Shown piece by piece: positions 1 to 10,500 of a DNA stretch of 64,000 nucleotides. Origin of the DNA: Candidatus Campbellbacteria bacterium (GTDB lineage: Bacteria > Patescibacteriota > Minisyncoccia > Phycocordibacterales > EsbW-18). Made by a program: the position numbers and the translations under genes. The notes under the pieces are model-generated. The model worked only from the letters and a program-made list of their open reading frames with translations. It ran no database searches and was not told the origin of the DNA. The first letter of the stretch is position 1. Every line of letters begins with the position of its first letter. The DNA is taken from contig JANLIT010000004.1 in NCBI GenBank assembly GCA_024653945.1, forward strand, positions 13,281-77,280, given 5' to 3'.

Positions 1-14
1 AGATAAGTATACAC

Positions 15-162
15 TGCGGAGACGGGAGGATTCGCCTCTCGTTGCTGGTGCAACTCGAAACCTTCGCCTCCTCTTCGGAAGCTGCGGCCCGCGGTTCGAA
101 TTGCACCCCCTTTCTCCATAGTACGCAAAACAGATGGCAAAAGCCATCCTTGTTTGCATATG
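15..162 (-). repeat. tRNA-Ser downstream element with duplicated tRNA 3' end
   Basis: 15-34 (tgcggagacgggaggattcg) is identical to 161-180, the tRNA 3' end; hairpins lie between. Confidence 0.8.
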
Positions 163-249
163 CGGAGACGGGAGGATTCGAACCTCCGATCCGGTTTCCC
201 AGATGCCGGTTTTCGAAACCGGTGCCTTCAACCACTCAGCCACGTCTCC
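163..249 (-). tRNA. tRNA-Ser(CGA)
   Basis: Reverse complement GGAGACGTGGCTGAGTGG...CCGGT-TT-CGA-AA-ACCGG, long variable arm, GGTTCGAATCC T-arm. Confidence 0.95.
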
Positions 250-262
250 TTACAAAACACGC

Positions 263-886
263 CTATCCTATCACTTTATCAATGTCTTCTCTAGAGATTG
301 GGCCTTCGCGTAAAACTTCACACATATCATCAACACATTGCACAACCGTTGAAACGTGTGTCTCTGGAAGTTGCCCCCCATCTATGGTTCCATCAATCAT
401 TTTCCATGTATCTTTCAAACTTTTTTTAACATCAGGAATTGAATAACATGCGGGCGTATCTGACGCATTAGCGCTTGTTGCGGTTATAGGAAAATTGCAC
501 GCACGAACAAGATCAAGAACCCATTGTCGATTTGGAATACGAAAACCTATGGTTGTGCCTTCTGCAAGCAGTTTTTTAGAAACACGTTCGCGCGCGGGAA
601 CAACAAGAGTAAGGGGTCCAGGTAAAAAAGCTTCTGCCACAGCAAGAGCCCGCGGAGAAAAAACTCCATATCGTTTTGCCATAGCAATGTCCGACACTAC
701 AACAGAGATTGCCTTTGATTCGGGGCGACCTTTTACCAAACTTATTTTAGTTATTGCACCATCACGATCAGTCCGCACCGCAAGTCCGTATGCAGTATCT
801 GTTGGAAAAACTAAGACCCCACCATCTTCTAAAATAGCCCGTGCTTGAATTATTCCGGCTGCGTTTTCTTCTATTTTTTTAACCAT
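263..886 (-). CDS. tsaC: L-threonylcarbamoyladenylate synthase (TsaC/Sua5/YrdC)
   Basis: Motifs FPTDTAYGL, KGRP, PGPLT, TATSAN; ATG at 886 chosen as start. Confidence 0.92.
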   Translation of the reverse strand: MVKKIEENAAGIIQARAILEDGGVLVFPTDTAYGLAVRTDRDGAITKISLVKGRPESKAISVVVSDIAMAKRYGVFSPRALAVAEAFLPGPLTLVVPARERVSKKLLAEGTTIGFRIPNRQWVLDLVRACNFPITATSANASDTPACYSIPDVKKSLKDTWKMIDGTIDGGQLPETHVSTVVQCVDDMCEVLREGPISREDIDKVIG

Positions 887-966
887 CTCCGTATTTTGCC
901 ATTTATCTGAAAAAATGCTATATTTTTGCTCGTTGGCCCTCAAGTTGGGCCCGCATAAATACCAGC

Positions 967-1040
967 GGCCTCATCGTCTAGCCTGGTTAGGACGTCACCC
1001 TTTCACGGTGAAAACTCGGGTTCGAATCCCGATGAGGTCA
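967..1040 (+). tRNA. tRNA-Glu(TTC)
   Basis: GGCCTCA acceptor, TCACC-CT-TTC-AC-GGTGA anticodon arm, GGTTCGAATCCC. Confidence 0.95.
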
Positions 1041-1262
1041 CAACACAAAACAGGGCGCCCATATGGGGCGTTTTTGTTTTGTGTCTAGTGGACCGAAATA
1101 GCAGGCAAACTACTTTGCCTGCGTCGGAATTCGAATGACGGAGCATGTTTCGAGCATGGCGAGAAACAGCGAGTCACGTCCAGCAGTACTTATGAGCAAA
1201 GCGAATTAGTAACTGCGGGACGAATCCCGATGATACGACAAAATACTTAGTGATCCGTGACC
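1041..1262 (+). repeat. tRNA-Glu downstream element (anti-T-arm plus 3'-end duplicate)
   Basis: tcggaattcgaa 1124-1135 is antisense to the T-arm; cgaatcccgatga is repeated at 1221-1233; shares agtacttatgagc.aagcgaattagtaact with the tRNA-Gly element. Confidence 0.75.
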
Positions 1263-1380
1263 ACAAAAAAGGAGATAAAAGTTATACACCCCACACATAT
1301 CACTTACATATCCAGAAGTGCTACTCTTAAAGAGACCTTATAAGTCATTACTTTTATTATTATTTTATAGTAACCATTTT

Positions 1381-1656
1381 ATGGAACCACAATCAAACGT
1401 ATACAAATACGCAACATGGATTCTTGTCGTTGTTGTCATTATTCTCGGTGTCATGCTTAGTAGGAAGAATGCTGAGACCATCACAAGTCAACTTGGAGAT
1501 TCTACCGTTGACATTCAAGCATGTCGTGTAAAGGTTGCAACATGGCAAGAGGCAAATCCTAAAGGAACACCAGTCAGTGCAACGGCACAAGCTGAGCTCG
1601 ATGGTATTCTCGAGACATGTCTCGGTAGTGTTGAGGATGCTCAAGACAAAATATAA
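1381..1656 (+). CDS. Small membrane-anchored hypothetical protein
   Basis: N-terminal hydrophobic helix, two Cys, followed by a hairpin/U-tract at ~1683-1715. Confidence 0.7.
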   Translation: MEPQSNVYKYATWILVVVVIILGVMLSRKNAETITSQLGDSTVDIQACRVKVATWQEANPKGTPVSATAQAELDGILETCLGSVEDAQDKI

Positions 1657-1784
1657 AGTTAGAGAAATCTTCTCTCTTATGAAAACAGTTCCGACGCCGT
1701 GTCGGAACTGTTTTTGTATAGACAATTTGCTATACTCACCTGACCTCAATACGATGTCATCTGGTCTAAAAAGACCCTTATTTC

Positions 1785-3005
1785 ATGAAAATACTAGCAA
1801 TAGAAACGAGTTGTGATGAGACGGCCGTGTCCATTCTAGAGTGCTCTGGAGACGCCCATATGCCCTCCTGCGCCGTGCTGGGCACGGGTTTGTACTCACA
1901 GGCATCCAAACACGCCGAATTTGGTGGTGTCTTCCCCAACCTTGCAAAACGAGAACACCAACTAAACCTGACTTCGATGTTAAAAATCGCACTGAAGGAG
2001 TCAGGTTTAAGCACCAAGCACCAAGCACCAGATTCCAAACAAATTCAAAATTTCCAAACAATGCAAGAAATTTTAGAACGGGAGGAAACGCTTTTTAAGA
2101 ACCTACAAGAATATCTCTCAAAAAACCCAAATAATCCTGGGTTTGATGCAATTGCGGTAACCCAAGGTCCAGGTCTTGAACCGGCGCTGTGGGTTGGGAT
2201 TAACTTTGCAAAAGCACTTTCTTTTTTCTGGAATATTCCACTTGTTCCCGTCAATCACATGGAAGGACACATCCTTTCTGTCCTCTCGGACAGAAAGGAA
2301 AATTCCAATGATCAAATAACAAATAACAAAATAGCGTTTCCTGCTATTGCCCTGCTTGTCTCCGGAGGACACACGGAACTTGACCTCGTGCATGATTGGG
2401 GGACGTATGAGCTCATTGGGCAAACGCGCGATGATGCTGTTGGGGAAGCGTTTGATAAAGTTGCACGACTCCTCGGACTTCCCTATCCTGGTGGACCAGA
2501 AATAAGTCGCCTTGCGGCGGAAGCACGAAATCCGAAATCCGAAATCCGAAACACTATCCACCTTCCTCGACCAATGATTGACTCAAATGATTTTGATTTT
2601 TCATTTGCAGGACTTAAAACAGCCGTTCTCTACGCAGTCAAAAAACTTGGCTCGCTCTCTGATGAGCAAAAGAAAGAAATTGCATGTGAATTTGAAAACG
2701 CCGCAGTAGAAGTATTGGTTTCAAAAACAAAAAAGGCACTTGAACACTACAACGCCCCAACACTCATCATCGGCGGAGGCGTTGTCGCAAATACACATTT
2801 ACGTGAAGAAATGAAAAAAATGCTCGCACAGGAATTTCCTGATGTAACACTTCTTCTTCCCACCCACGAACTCTCCACAGATAACGCGGTCATGATAGGA
2901 ATTGCTGGGTACATTGCATATACAAAAAACCCCAACGAATATGGAGTCTTTTCACCTGAACACGGTGACCTGCGCGCACACGGAACCCTTAGACTCTCAA
3001 GTTAG
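1785..3005 (+). CDS. tsaD: tRNA N6-adenosine threonylcarbamoyltransferase
   Basis: ILAIETSCDET, GPGL, HMEGH, VSGGHT, DDAVGEAFDK, DNAVMIG. Confidence 0.97.
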   Translation: MKILAIETSCDETAVSILECSGDAHMPSCAVLGTGLYSQASKHAEFGGVFPNLAKREHQLNLTSMLKIALKESGLSTKHQAPDSKQIQNFQTMQEILEREETLFKNLQEYLSKNPNNPGFDAIAVTQGPGLEPALWVGINFAKALSFFWNIPLVPVNHMEGHILSVLSDRKENSNDQITNNKIAFPAIALLVSGGHTELDLVHDWGTYELIGQTRDDAVGEAFDKVARLLGLPYPGGPEISRLAAEARNPKSEIRNTIHLPRPMIDSNDFDFSFAGLKTAVLYAVKKLGSLSDEQKKEIACEFENAAVEVLVSKTKKALEHYNAPTLIIGGGVVANTHLREEMKKMLAQEFPDVTLLLPTHELSTDNAVMIGIAGYIAYTKNPNEYGVFSPEHGDLRAHGTLRLSS

Positions 3006-3668
3006 TTTGGGATTAGGTTCCATAACTAAAACCCGTGTCCTCTCAAAATCAGTAGGAATCAAACGAACCAACCGACGATTGACAAAATCTATTTGAAAAA
3101 TCATATCGTTTGCCTTCCAAGACCGTTGTAAACCGTTCGCTAAGAACAGATTCTGAAGGTCCACCATTTCGCGTTCAGTATCTTGTTTCAGCTGGTGTAT
3201 ATCCTCAGCACTCCATCCCGAAACCGCCACATCGAGTTCTTTTTTTGTATAGCCATCTACCTTCTCCATTAAAAAAATACTGTTCTGTTCACTCTCAAAA
3301 AAACCAATCGGTTTCGGCGCAGGTAGTCCGAGGGATTGGATGTATGAAAGGAGATTGTACTCATATAAAGGTTCCCCCGTCTCCTTCAGCATACTTTTTT
3401 CTCGGTTTGTCCACTTCGCAATCGGCGTGACAACCCTGTCTCCCTCTTCCCAATCAGGTAGCTGCCGTACTGCGCCAGGATCGTCGCGAAGAGAACCTTC
3501 TTTGTCATACTTCTTCTCACCACTTTTCATTGGTGTCCCAAGACGCTCGAAGTACCCGAGAGGATCTTGCCTTAATTCTAGGGGAACTAAAGAAGCGTAC
3601 TTCTCCCCAAATTCCATCTTGAATGGTTGATCTGAGGTTTCCGATGTATGAAAAGATTCAAGGCCCAT
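2997..3668 (-). CDS. Atypical protein-kinase-like (Kdo/RIO/Bud32-like) protein, catalytic loop divergent
   Basis: AK...EYNLL...GLPAPKP...FLMEKVDG...TDFE pattern. Confidence 0.5.
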   Translation of the reverse strand: MGLESFHTSETSDQPFKMEFGEKYASLVPLELRQDPLGYFERLGTPMKSGEKKYDKEGSLRDDPGAVRQLPDWEEGDRVVTPIAKWTNREKSMLKETGEPLYEYNLLSYIQSLGLPAPKPIGFFESEQNSIFLMEKVDGYTKKELDVAVSGWSAEDIHQLKQDTEREMVDLQNLFLANGLQRSWKANDMIFQIDFVNRRLVRLIPTDFERTRVLVMEPNPKLT

Positions 3669-3671
3669 ACG

Positions 3672-4754
3672 TTACACAATCAATAAATCTTTTGCGAGAA
3701 GAAGATAGTTGAAGTACGACAAGAAGACAATCAAAATAATGAGTGCGATGCCATGAGAAAATTCACGCGAGTGTCTTTTGTGTACTTGAAAGAGAACCAT
3801 CAACAATGTCACAAAAGCAAGTGCGAGTCCGATGATGATGTATCCCCAACGAACCACGGCTCGTGGTTGTGCTAAAAACTTCTCCCACGCATTTGTATAC
3901 GAAATTCGTTCAACGGGCATAATGACCTCCTCCTTAACTGAAGCTCCTGCCGTATTCGCATCTCGCGCTGGGGTAAACTCCTGTGCTAATGAAACATCTT
4001 GGGCCCCTTCTGGAGCTGGAGCCGGTACTTGGGTCACTGCTGTTGGGGTCACCTCCTGAACTACCACTGGCTCTGAAACGGTCTGCTGGGCTACAGCCAC
4101 GGTAGCTCCCTGTACCTCCTGTGTGCTCGCAACGGCAAGCGTAGGGGCAGTTTGAGCAATCACGGGGGCAACCGCGACTTGTGCTGGCGTACCAAAAAGC
4201 TGAACGACAAAAATGGTCTTCCTGTCCTTGTATTGCCCTGGGACAGCGGCAATACCTATTTCAGTAAAGGTCCCATTCATGATGTTTTCTCGGTGTCCTG
4301 GAGAGTTCATCCATGCTTGTTCAACGTCACCCGAGTCAACAAAGTTCACCGCCAAGTTTTCTCCCGCATTCACAAAATTGTATCCCGCTCGGTAAAACCA
4401 ATACCACGGATTGAGTCCGTCGGGACTTGTGTGTGCAAAATATTCGTTTTCCGCCATGTGCTCCGCCTTCATGCGTGCCGCCTTTTCCAAAATCGGACTC
4501 ACCGTCAAATCAGAAAGTCCTTCTGCTTCTCGGTCCTTGTTTGCAAGGTCAACAAGCACTCCGGGAACAACCGCTGCTGTAAATTCAATACTCGTACGAA
4601 TGAGAAGCGCTTGGAATACAGAAAAACCAAACGTGAGCACGAGAATCGTGGTAAGCGCAACAATACTTGCATCACGAACCATGTGTGGCTTGTGGTCGTT
4701 GCCTTCGTGCGGAATGAAGTAATCTTTAATATGTTTTCGCATAGCTGTTAGCAT
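3672..4754 (-). CDS. CAP/SCP-domain membrane protein
   Basis: YFAHTSPDG, AGENLA, WMNSPGHRENI; TM helices at both ends. Confidence 0.9.
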   Translation of the reverse strand: MLTAMRKHIKDYFIPHEGNDHKPHMVRDASIVALTTILVLTFGFSVFQALLIRTSIEFTAAVVPGVLVDLANKDREAEGLSDLTVSPILEKAARMKAEHMAENEYFAHTSPDGLNPWYWFYRAGYNFVNAGENLAVNFVDSGDVEQAWMNSPGHRENIMNGTFTEIGIAAVPGQYKDRKTIFVVQLFGTPAQVAVAPVIAQTAPTLAVASTQEVQGATVAVAQQTVSEPVVVQEVTPTAVTQVPAPAPEGAQDVSLAQEFTPARDANTAGASVKEEVIMPVERISYTNAWEKFLAQPRAVVRWGYIIIGLALAFVTLLMVLFQVHKRHSREFSHGIALIILIVFLSYFNYLLLAKDLLIV

Positions 4755-4763
4755 GAGTATATC

Positions 4764-5414
4764 CTACTTCGTATCGTCGCTATCAACAAGTGTCGCGTAG
4801 ACAACAAGTACTCGGTCGTATTCCTGTGTCTCTTGGCTATATGTTCCTGAGCAGGTAATAAGACGCAAACCTGGAAACGTTATATCGCCGTATACTTTTT
4901 CTGTCGGAAAATTGCTTCTATCGTACCGTTCAAGTACTGTTACACGAAATGTTGCTGTTGTTCCGTCTGCGCGATCTACATACACATAGTCGCCTTCTGT
5001 GAGTTGACCAAGAGATAAAAACACACCAGGGCCTTCATACGAGTCAACATGTCCGAGCACAACAGCAGGACCAATTTCACCAGGTGTCGGACCATAGGTG
5101 TACCATCCAACTTCTGTGTATCCTTTTGGAATTTCAATTTCACCATTTTCTTGCAGACCAAGAGGAACAAAATTAGTGTCCACAAATATATCTGGAATAC
5201 GCAAACGCATTGGGTCTGAATCTTCAAGCGGGCGCGCTGGATCAAAAATCGGTCGTGAAGATGTTGCAAGAGTTTCTTGAGAATTTTTTTGTGTCAAATA
5301 TGTGGTGACACCTCCTTGTGATGCTATAAGGATTCCAAAACCAACGACAAGCAACACAACGCCCACAGATATAAGTACTTTTTTTGTGTTCATTTCTGAA
5401 TTAAACAACATCAT
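4764..5414 (-). CDS. Class F sortase
   Basis: GWY..GPTPGEIGPAVVLGHVD, LRLITC, catalytic His/Cys/Arg. Confidence 0.9.
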   Translation of the reverse strand: MMLFNSEMNTKKVLISVGVVLLVVGFGILIASQGGVTTYLTQKNSQETLATSSRPIFDPARPLEDSDPMRLRIPDIFVDTNFVPLGLQENGEIEIPKGYTEVGWYTYGPTPGEIGPAVVLGHVDSYEGPGVFLSLGQLTEGDYVYVDRADGTTATFRVTVLERYDRSNFPTEKVYGDITFPGLRLITCSGTYSQETQEYDRVLVVYATLVDSDDTK

Positions 5415-5483
5415 ATTCGCTGTACATGGTAACTCTTTTTGCCCGTTGTGTCAACCCCATCGTGGGTTGGGGCCGTCTTAATG

Positions 5484-5519
5484 CAAAACCCGCCCAAAAG
5501 GCGGGTTTTGCGCTTTTTT
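5484..5519. terminator. Rho-independent terminator-like hairpin
   Basis: caaaacccgcc-caaaa-ggcgggttttg followed by a T-run. Confidence 0.6.
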
Positions 5520-5526
5520 GTTTTCC

Positions 5527-5559
5527 GAAGCGAAGCTTCCCTTTTGGAAGCTTCGCTTC
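5527..5559. repeat. REP-like palindrome (copy 1)
   Basis: gaagcgaagcttcc-N5-ggaagcttcgcttc; second copy at 7488-7520. Confidence 0.75.
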
Positions 5560-5572
5560 TTGTTTTAAATCT

Positions 5573-7390
5573 TTAGTAAAGACACATCTTCAATCCTCCA
5601 AATCCTGTAGCAGGAGCACCGAGTGGAAGAATGGATGTTTGCTCACCCAAGACCTCACCAAGAACCTCTCCGCCACCATCTGTGGATGAGTTTCGACGAC
5701 GGAAGCCACTTCCTCCACCGTCGTCGTCATCGTCTCCGTTTGTATCATCACCACCAGTATCTTCGTGAGAATATGAGTTGGTGAATGTACATGTTACATC
5801 CTGATCTTCAGAGAGATACACAGTTACAGACCTCTCTGGTTTATTCGTGTCATACTCAGTTCCATAGTTACAACTAATGAGAGACAGGCTCCAATCAACA
5901 CCTGCATCTACTTCACTGATTGTGTACGTTCCTGAAGAAAGATTCGACAGTACCTCAGGTTCATCATTTGCAGAAAGATCAAACGATGATTCATCCCAGT
6001 AATTAAATGTAAATATGTGGGTTCCATCCGCACCTTCGTTTACCTCCTTGTCAATTGTGATTGAACCTCCGTTCTGATGATTACCAAAGTCCTTGAGCGA
6101 GAAGGTGCCGGGTGTTCCTTCTCCGTCGCCCTGAATCCGATGTCCAACAGTGCCGTTTGCGCAGGTAACCGTTCCGTCCGAAGCGGAAATCGGCGAGGTC
6201 TGTTCCCAACCGCTTTGGACCTCTTCGCAGACAACGTAATTAAGCTCTGGGTCTAAACTGTCGAAGGAGTAGTTGCCGTCGCCATCGGTCGTAGTCGTGT
6301 CCGCGGGCGTCTCTTCGATTACAGTCGTATCTTCGTCGATTGTGTACGGGAACAGGTTGATGGTCCATCCGTCGATGCCGGATTCGTCATCGCTCTGCCG
6401 ATCGCTGTTCACGTCGTTCCACTTCATGCCAGTAACAATGGATCGCGTGGTATTGGTAAAGGTACAAGTCACATCATCGCCACTTTCCACAGTGATTCGT
6501 TCGCCATCTTCAACGGCACTACCAGTGCTATCACCATCGTAAATACATTCTACGTCGGCTAATTGCCAGGCGCTCTGCTGGGTTTCCAGAACATCATATG
6601 TTCCAGGAGCGAGGGAGATGGGACTGGAAGTCGCGGTGTTATCTTCTGGGTCAGCGTCAGGTGTAAGATCAACCCCGTACAAGAACACGGTTGGATCTAT
6701 TCCCGTCACCAAAAATTCAAAGTTGGGGGTCCTTCTAGGGTCAACTGGCTCACCTTGCACGAGACCTTGAAAATCCCCAATCTTCACAATCGTAAGGGTT
6801 GCTGGAGGTATACATGTCTCGCTGTCCACAGTCAGTCTGAATATAACTCCTGCTGGATTACCCGGTCCGTCGGGTTCGTCGTTTGTTGCCTCAATCGTCA
6901 GCGTGTTCGTACCGCTCAAAAGAGAGCTGGCTGGGATAGGGTGTGTTCCAACAATCTGCCAATTGTCACCAGAGCCTACCGCATTGCCGTTGATGGTGAC
7001 AACGTAACTGTTGTCCGCGGTGATATCAAGAGAAGCTCCTGTTGGTGTTCCAACAATCTCAAACGTTCTCGTGAAGGTCAGCGTGCCGGCTGGGTGCGAG
7101 CCTGTGTCATCGGCAGGGACTTTGTCTGCATCCCAGATCCACGTAGCACCTGATGGAAGTGGATCATAGTCATCCCATACGGAGTGTGGAGTAACAGCAA
7201 CCGCATTACCACTACCTACTTGTGTTTCCGAATCACTGACAAGTGTCTGTGTGCTTGGGTCACACGCTGGTGCTACCGTTGCATTTGCGTTCAGTGGACT
7301 AAAAGAAAATACCCCAATAAAAAGAAGTGCGCCCAAAAGCCCCAGCCCAATAGTTCGATGTGTTTTATACGATGTAGTAATGAGAGCCAT
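5573..7390 (-). CDS. Secreted/surface protein with lectin-like, SdrD-B-like and prealbumin-like (pilin) domains; C-terminal APATG
   Basis: Signal peptide, WIWD...ITADN, GMKWND...TDGDGNYSF, VTCTFTN repeats. Confidence 0.75.
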   Translation of the reverse strand: MALITTSYKTHRTIGLGLLGALLFIGVFSFSPLNANATVAPACDPSTQTLVSDSETQVGSGNAVAVTPHSVWDDYDPLPSGATWIWDADKVPADDTGSHPAGTLTFTRTFEIVGTPTGASLDITADNSYVVTINGNAVGSGDNWQIVGTHPIPASSLLSGTNTLTIEATNDEPDGPGNPAGVIFRLTVDSETCIPPATLTIVKIGDFQGLVQGEPVDPRRTPNFEFLVTGIDPTVFLYGVDLTPDADPEDNTATSSPISLAPGTYDVLETQQSAWQLADVECIYDGDSTGSAVEDGERITVESGDDVTCTFTNTTRSIVTGMKWNDVNSDRQSDDESGIDGWTINLFPYTIDEDTTVIEETPADTTTTDGDGNYSFDSLDPELNYVVCEEVQSGWEQTSPISASDGTVTCANGTVGHRIQGDGEGTPGTFSLKDFGNHQNGGSITIDKEVNEGADGTHIFTFNYWDESSFDLSANDEPEVLSNLSSGTYTISEVDAGVDWSLSLISCNYGTEYDTNKPERSVTVYLSEDQDVTCTFTNSYSHEDTGGDDTNGDDDDDGGGSGFRRRNSSTDGGGEVLGEVLGEQTSILPLGAPATGFGGLKMCLY

Positions 7391-7487
7391 ATGTATATGA
7401 TTAGTGACCCACCTTTAGTGGCGAGCTCTGATTAATTAACAACTTTTATTAAAATACTTTTCCCGAGGGTTAAACCTCTGCTTAAAA

Positions 7488-7520
7488 GAAGCGAAGCTTC
7501 CCTTCTGGAAGCTTCGCTTC
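7488..7520. repeat. REP-like palindrome (copy 2)
   Basis: Near-identical to 5527-5559. Confidence 0.75.
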
Positions 7521-7534
7521 TTGCTTTTAAATCT

Positions 7535-10500
7535 TTAGTAAAGACACATCTTCAATCCTCCAAAGCCTGTGTTTGGAGCTCCGAGTGGAAGAATGGATGT
7601 TTGTTCACCCAAAACCTCACCAAGAACCTCTCCGCCACCATCTGTGGATGAGTTTCGACGAAAACCTGAGCTTCCGCCACCATTACTTCCACCACCATCG
7701 TCTGTTGTAATTGTAGGATTTTGGTGGTTACCGAAGTCAATACCAACCAGAGAATCTCCTAGAGAAAGTTCCACTTCATGGCCGGCCCCTTCACCCTGAC
7801 AGAGCGTGTTGCCCGACGGGTATGTCTTCTCCCATCCGTCCTGGCCCGTCTCACAGACTATGTATGTGTCTGGAATAAGGTCGGAGAATGAGTAGTTTCC
7901 ATCAGCGTCGGTTTCCGTTGACACGATGAACCCGCCTTCACTATCGTTTGAAGCGTGGATCGCCCAGCCCTGAAGACCTGGTTCACCCGAATCCTTGATA
8001 CCATCAGCGTTAAGGTCATTCCACTTCATACCCGAGATTGAGCCTCTGTCATCATCGTTTGTAAAGACACACGTAATTGTTTCTCCGTTAGACAGAACAA
8101 TGTTGCCTGAATTAATATCGGTGTGTCCTGTGTCATCTGATGTACACGATACACTTTGAAGATTCCATCCAGGTAGAACTGTCTCAGTCACTGAATACGA
8201 GGTGCCAACATTAAGGTCACCACTGTTGTGTTCCTGATTTGCTTCAAGCAAGAAGTTATCAGTACTCCAACTTGGGTCAAATTCAAACGCAGTGTTTGTG
8301 TCGCTTACTTCTGTCACCTCCTTGCGAACGATAATTCGTTCGCCATCATCGTCATCGTCGTCTCCACTTGTTTGAGGGTCATAGGTGTTGGTGAATGTGC
8401 AGGTAACGTCTTCATCCTCACCAAGTGTAATTTCAACATCACCTTCACCTAGGTCGTGAAAAAAATCAACGTCGTCGCCACAATCAACATCCGTGACATA
8501 CCAATCGTCGTCGGTGCTAGTTAATTCAGTAACGATATAGCTTCCAGCTACAAGACCTGAGAATGTTTCTGGATCATTGCTTGCTGTAAGGAGTATGTCG
8601 TCATCGCCCCCATCGAGGTCAAATGAGAATGCTTCATCTTGACTTCCCCCCACAACAACCTTATCAATCGTAATAGAACCTCCGTCCTGGTGATTGCCGA
8701 AATCAAAACCATCTCGGTCATCAGTACCTGTGTCAATAATAAGTTGGTACCCAACACCATCATCACACGCTACAGCATATCCGTCAGAAATCTCTGGTGA
8801 TGTTTGATTCCAACCACTTCCTTGTGCTTCACACACTTTGTAATCGCCATAAGAAATATTGAACTGGTAGTAACCGTCTGAATTTGTTTCCATTGAGCCA
8901 ACGAGGACATCCTCGTCATCATAGATATTGATAGTCCAACCTTCAATTGTTGGTTCGTCGTAATCTTTGTATCCATCATTATCAAGATCGTTGTACTTCA
9001 CACCATTGATGTTTCCTTCACCACCTCCCTGTTGTCCGTCTCTCTCGTTGATAAGGTTGAAGGTGTACACACCCTGATCACTGTCGATATTCCAAACAGT
9101 ACCTCCTCCCGCACCACTGAAGTATGACCAGCCATCCTGCATAACTTCGTCCACAGTGTACTCATCAAGAGCAACATCATTGAAGGTTACACAACCTGTT
9201 TCATCAGTAATACCTGTGTACCCCTTGTAGATATCAACCGAGAGTGTTCCTGAGTTATCATCAAACCATCCTGGGTTCTGCACACCACTATCACCATCAA
9301 AGATGGTAAATGGTACTGGACCAGTAACGCTTGGTGTGAACCCTTGGAGGTATGCATGTGGAGTATTGTATGCACCCCAGTTGCCGAATCCAAGTCCACT
9401 AAAGTCGCCACCAATGTTGAGTTCAAGAATTTCTGTTGGGTACCCTGTGTATCCGTCCATCTGGGTTGCCCAAGAATCTATTGTAGAGTATTCAGAGTCA
9501 ACAAGGTTTGCACCACCTTGGTTACTCCACGTACCGTCTGCAAAAGCAAGGTATGATGTTCCCGCGTCAAGCGATGTTGAGTCAGTACCGTTGATATCCT
9601 CTGAATCAACAATCAAGTCCGATTCTACAGAATCACCCTTGAGGAAGACCGTCCATCCTGAAAGACCCTCGTTCTGGCCCACCTCATACTTACAAATCGT
9701 AACTTCATTGTGGTGTTCTGGTTCTTGTGGTGGCACACAGAAGAGCGCCACGTTGTCGAGGAACGTCCCCTCGGAGTTTGGAGTACCGAGGTCTTTAAAT
9801 GCGATGTCTGTTGAACTGTCTCCGGCTACAAATGAGTGTGCATACGTGTTCCATACCGTGTTTAGATTTGCACTTCCATCAAGACTCACCGCGTTAAGCA
9901 CGTTGCCATCTTGTGAGACTTCAAGATTGTTTTCTGAAGTTCCTGTTCCTGGTCGTGGAGAGAATGCGTATGAAAGTTGATACGTTCTTCCTGGAACCGT
10001 TGCAATAGCTTCTGAAATGATAGTTGATGCCTCTTCACCATTTGGACCACTTGCGTGACCGTTCCAATCAGAATCGAGCTCAGCGTACTGTTCAAGCTCA
10101 TATGGCAACCATCCGTTTACTCCACCGTGAAGTTCTGCATTTGCTGTAGCGGGAGCGCCTACAAATGCACCCGCCCATGCAACCGTCCAATCAAGACCTG
10201 AAAAACCTGAAGCAAAGATGTCCCATCCAGAACCATCGGTAACGTCTGGCAATTCAAATCCTCCGTTTGCAATAAGATTTTGTTCAGGATTACACTCGCG
10301 AGCGTTCACAAGGTTAAATGTTTGTGTGGGTTCATTTACTGTGACCTGACTTCCTGCATTAGTTGCATCATCTGCATCAGTAAGGTTTTCCCAACCCTCC
10401 TGCATAAATTCATCAAGAGTATATGTGCCATAAGGAACCGCTTCAAATGACACACAACCATCTTTATTCGTTGTTCCTGAATAGTCGTGTTCATCAGTAT

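Noticed and set aside
42-446. ORFs overlapping tRNA or RNase P genes (also 18301-18594, 23054-23362, 25084-25608)
   Set aside because: Spurious translations of RNA genes or antisense frames
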